A stretch of 62,906 nucleotides of DNA, the filler included, from Platydemus manokwari (lineage: Eukaryota), in the NCBI GenBank assembly GCA_037951405.1. It is 6 parts of 6 records of this genome, joined end to end, with 100 filler letters (N's around TTAATTAATTAA, not from the genome) between each part and the next. Parts side by side here need not be neighbours in the genome. Positions count along the whole stretch, not along the records: positions 54,085 to 62,906 come from JBBMOY011344315.1; 5 more parts are not named here. One strand, given 5' to 3'. Each line of letters starts with the position of its first letter. Position 1 is the stretch's first letter. The notes below the pieces were generated by a model. It did not search any database. It had not been told where the DNA came from and was given only the letters and a program-made list of their open reading frames with translations. Position numbers and translations under genes: made by a program. Positions 61,303 to 62,906 of this stretch are shown here, one piece after another.

Positions 61303-62197
61303 TCACTTGAGAGGAATCAAAAGACACCCAATTGGGCCTTGTGGAGGAGGAACCATGGTTAAATGAACGCGTTGACCTTGACGTTTAACACAGATGAGCA
61401 CAGTTTTCTACAATTTTTCAACATTTAATCAACTCCAATCATCTTAACAGCCAAATGCTCACATTTGCTTTCGATCGCACATGATCCATGATGGCTTGCA
61501 AACCAGAAAATGTTTCTTTCGTTATGTGATCGATTTGCAGGATCTCATCTCCAATCAATAATCCCTGCAATAATTGATTTTTATTTTCACATTTATCCAC
61601 GCTTTATCACCTTATTTGTATCTGATATTATTTATTGATTTTTATTTCCGTTTATTTAATCATCATCACCATCATCACTTATTTATTTATTTATTAAATT
61701 AATGATATTACCGCTGATTCCGCAATAGATCCCGAATCAATTTTATCAACTCTTGCAAACGGTGGTCGCTTGGCAATGAAGCTTTCAGAAATACCTTGTG
61801 TTGCTCGTGACGAAAGAATGTTTTCACCAGATGAATCGATATTGTTTTGCAAACTGGATGAATGGATTTCATGCAATTTTGTTTCAATTTGCAGCATTAT
61901 ATTGATCAAATCATATTTCAAACCTTTAATAATTCAATCAATTAAAATACAAAACAGACAATTTACAATTTAATTTCAATCTTGTTTCCTTAACTTTATA
62001 AATATCGATATTGCCCAAGGGGTAATCGTCTTCATCTGTTAAACTTCCGACCAAACACACTCCTTGCTAAAGTCAAGTATTAATTATACTGAAAAAATTT
62101 AAAAAACTTCTTCAAGATATTTCATTAAAGTTTTAACTTCATTTTCCATAGCTTCCTTTCGATTCATTAATTCATAACATTGTGTAACTGGATCCAT
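61303..62197 (-). CDS. PSMD9: 26S proteasome assembly chaperone p27/Nas2 (PDZ domain), 202 aa
   Basis: Exons 62197-62108, 62066-61967, 61923-61712, 61564-61463 and 61407-61303, GT-AG and frame-consistent: LTDEDDYPLGNIDIYKVKETR, PFARVDKIDSGSIAESA|GLLIGDEILQ, and terminal IGCLLIPLK*. Confidence 0.95.
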
Positions 62198-62906
62198 CGT
62201 CTTTGAAAGAATTCTTTCAATAGTTTAATAGTTTATTTATAATTAATACAATTAAGAAATTTTCAAATATGCAATTAAAATTTCACAATCAAATGATAAC
62301 GATTATTTAAACAATATCGAGATATTAATCAAATTATTTCAAGAAAGCAAACGATTTATTATATAGATATGAAAAATTAAAGATTTTTTATAAAATACAT
62401 TGCTCAAAAATTATTTTTTGAATAAATAATTGTTCACTTGAAGCTGTTTTTGTTATAGTCAATTTTTTATATATGGCGGACTTTAAAATATTGAACTTCA
62501 GATCGTTTTTTATCAGTTCTTTAATTCTTTTTGAATCCAATACTTATTTCAATATTGCTATAATTTTCGTTAGCTACAAATTAGTGAGATGAAAGGTTTG
62601 TTAGTTGTAATTTTTGTTTGTCTCTAAATTTTGCTTCTGGCTCAACTGATTTTTGCCTGGGTATTTATAGTCGACGGTTCTCCCTTAACTTAGCTGTTTT
62701 CTTAAAATTATTTATTATTGGCTTAAATGTTCAAAATCATTTAATCACCTTTTTTTACAAATTTTTTACTATAAACTATTATGAACTTTAAATGAATATT
62801 GATTTATTTTTACTTTATAATAATGCGTTATCGTTCCCCATATATTGTTATGCTTTCGTTTTATGAAATTTGAACACTTTTCACGTGAGATTTGCTCATT
62901 TTTGTC

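Overview
Very AT-rich eukaryotic (animal) genomic DNA with short GT-AG introns (41-60 bp for the smallest). This is compatible with a planarian-type flatworm, but the organism cannot be proven from the sequence. The window is six separate contigs joined by artificial 100-bp linkers (44 N + TTAATTAATTAA + 44 N), so adjacency across linkers is not biological. Host genes: 3' end of the PP2A scaffold subunit A, a complete REEP5/DP1-like gene with a decayed antisense Gypsy element in intron 3, the first five exons of a clan-3-like cytochrome P450, a complete WIP/verprolin-like gene, and a complete PSMD9/Nas2 gene. Mobile DNA: Polinton/Maverick relics (integrase, pPolB, small basic protein), a TIR-intact internally deleted pogo element, decayed mariners, a second Gypsy relic and a dispersed ~1-kb repeat. 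The most unusual item is a small family of intronless genes (one intact, two decayed) in contig 2. They are built from exact 234-bp/78-aa tandem repeats, each carrying a CENP-B-N/psq-type helix-turn-helix whose predicted recognition-helix residues vary between repeats while the linkers are near-identical. This is a candidate modular, TALE/zinc-finger-array-like DNA reader, interleaved with a Polinton relic. A second highlight is a three-copy covarying hairpin motif at 45145-45273 within a strongly structured non-coding region.
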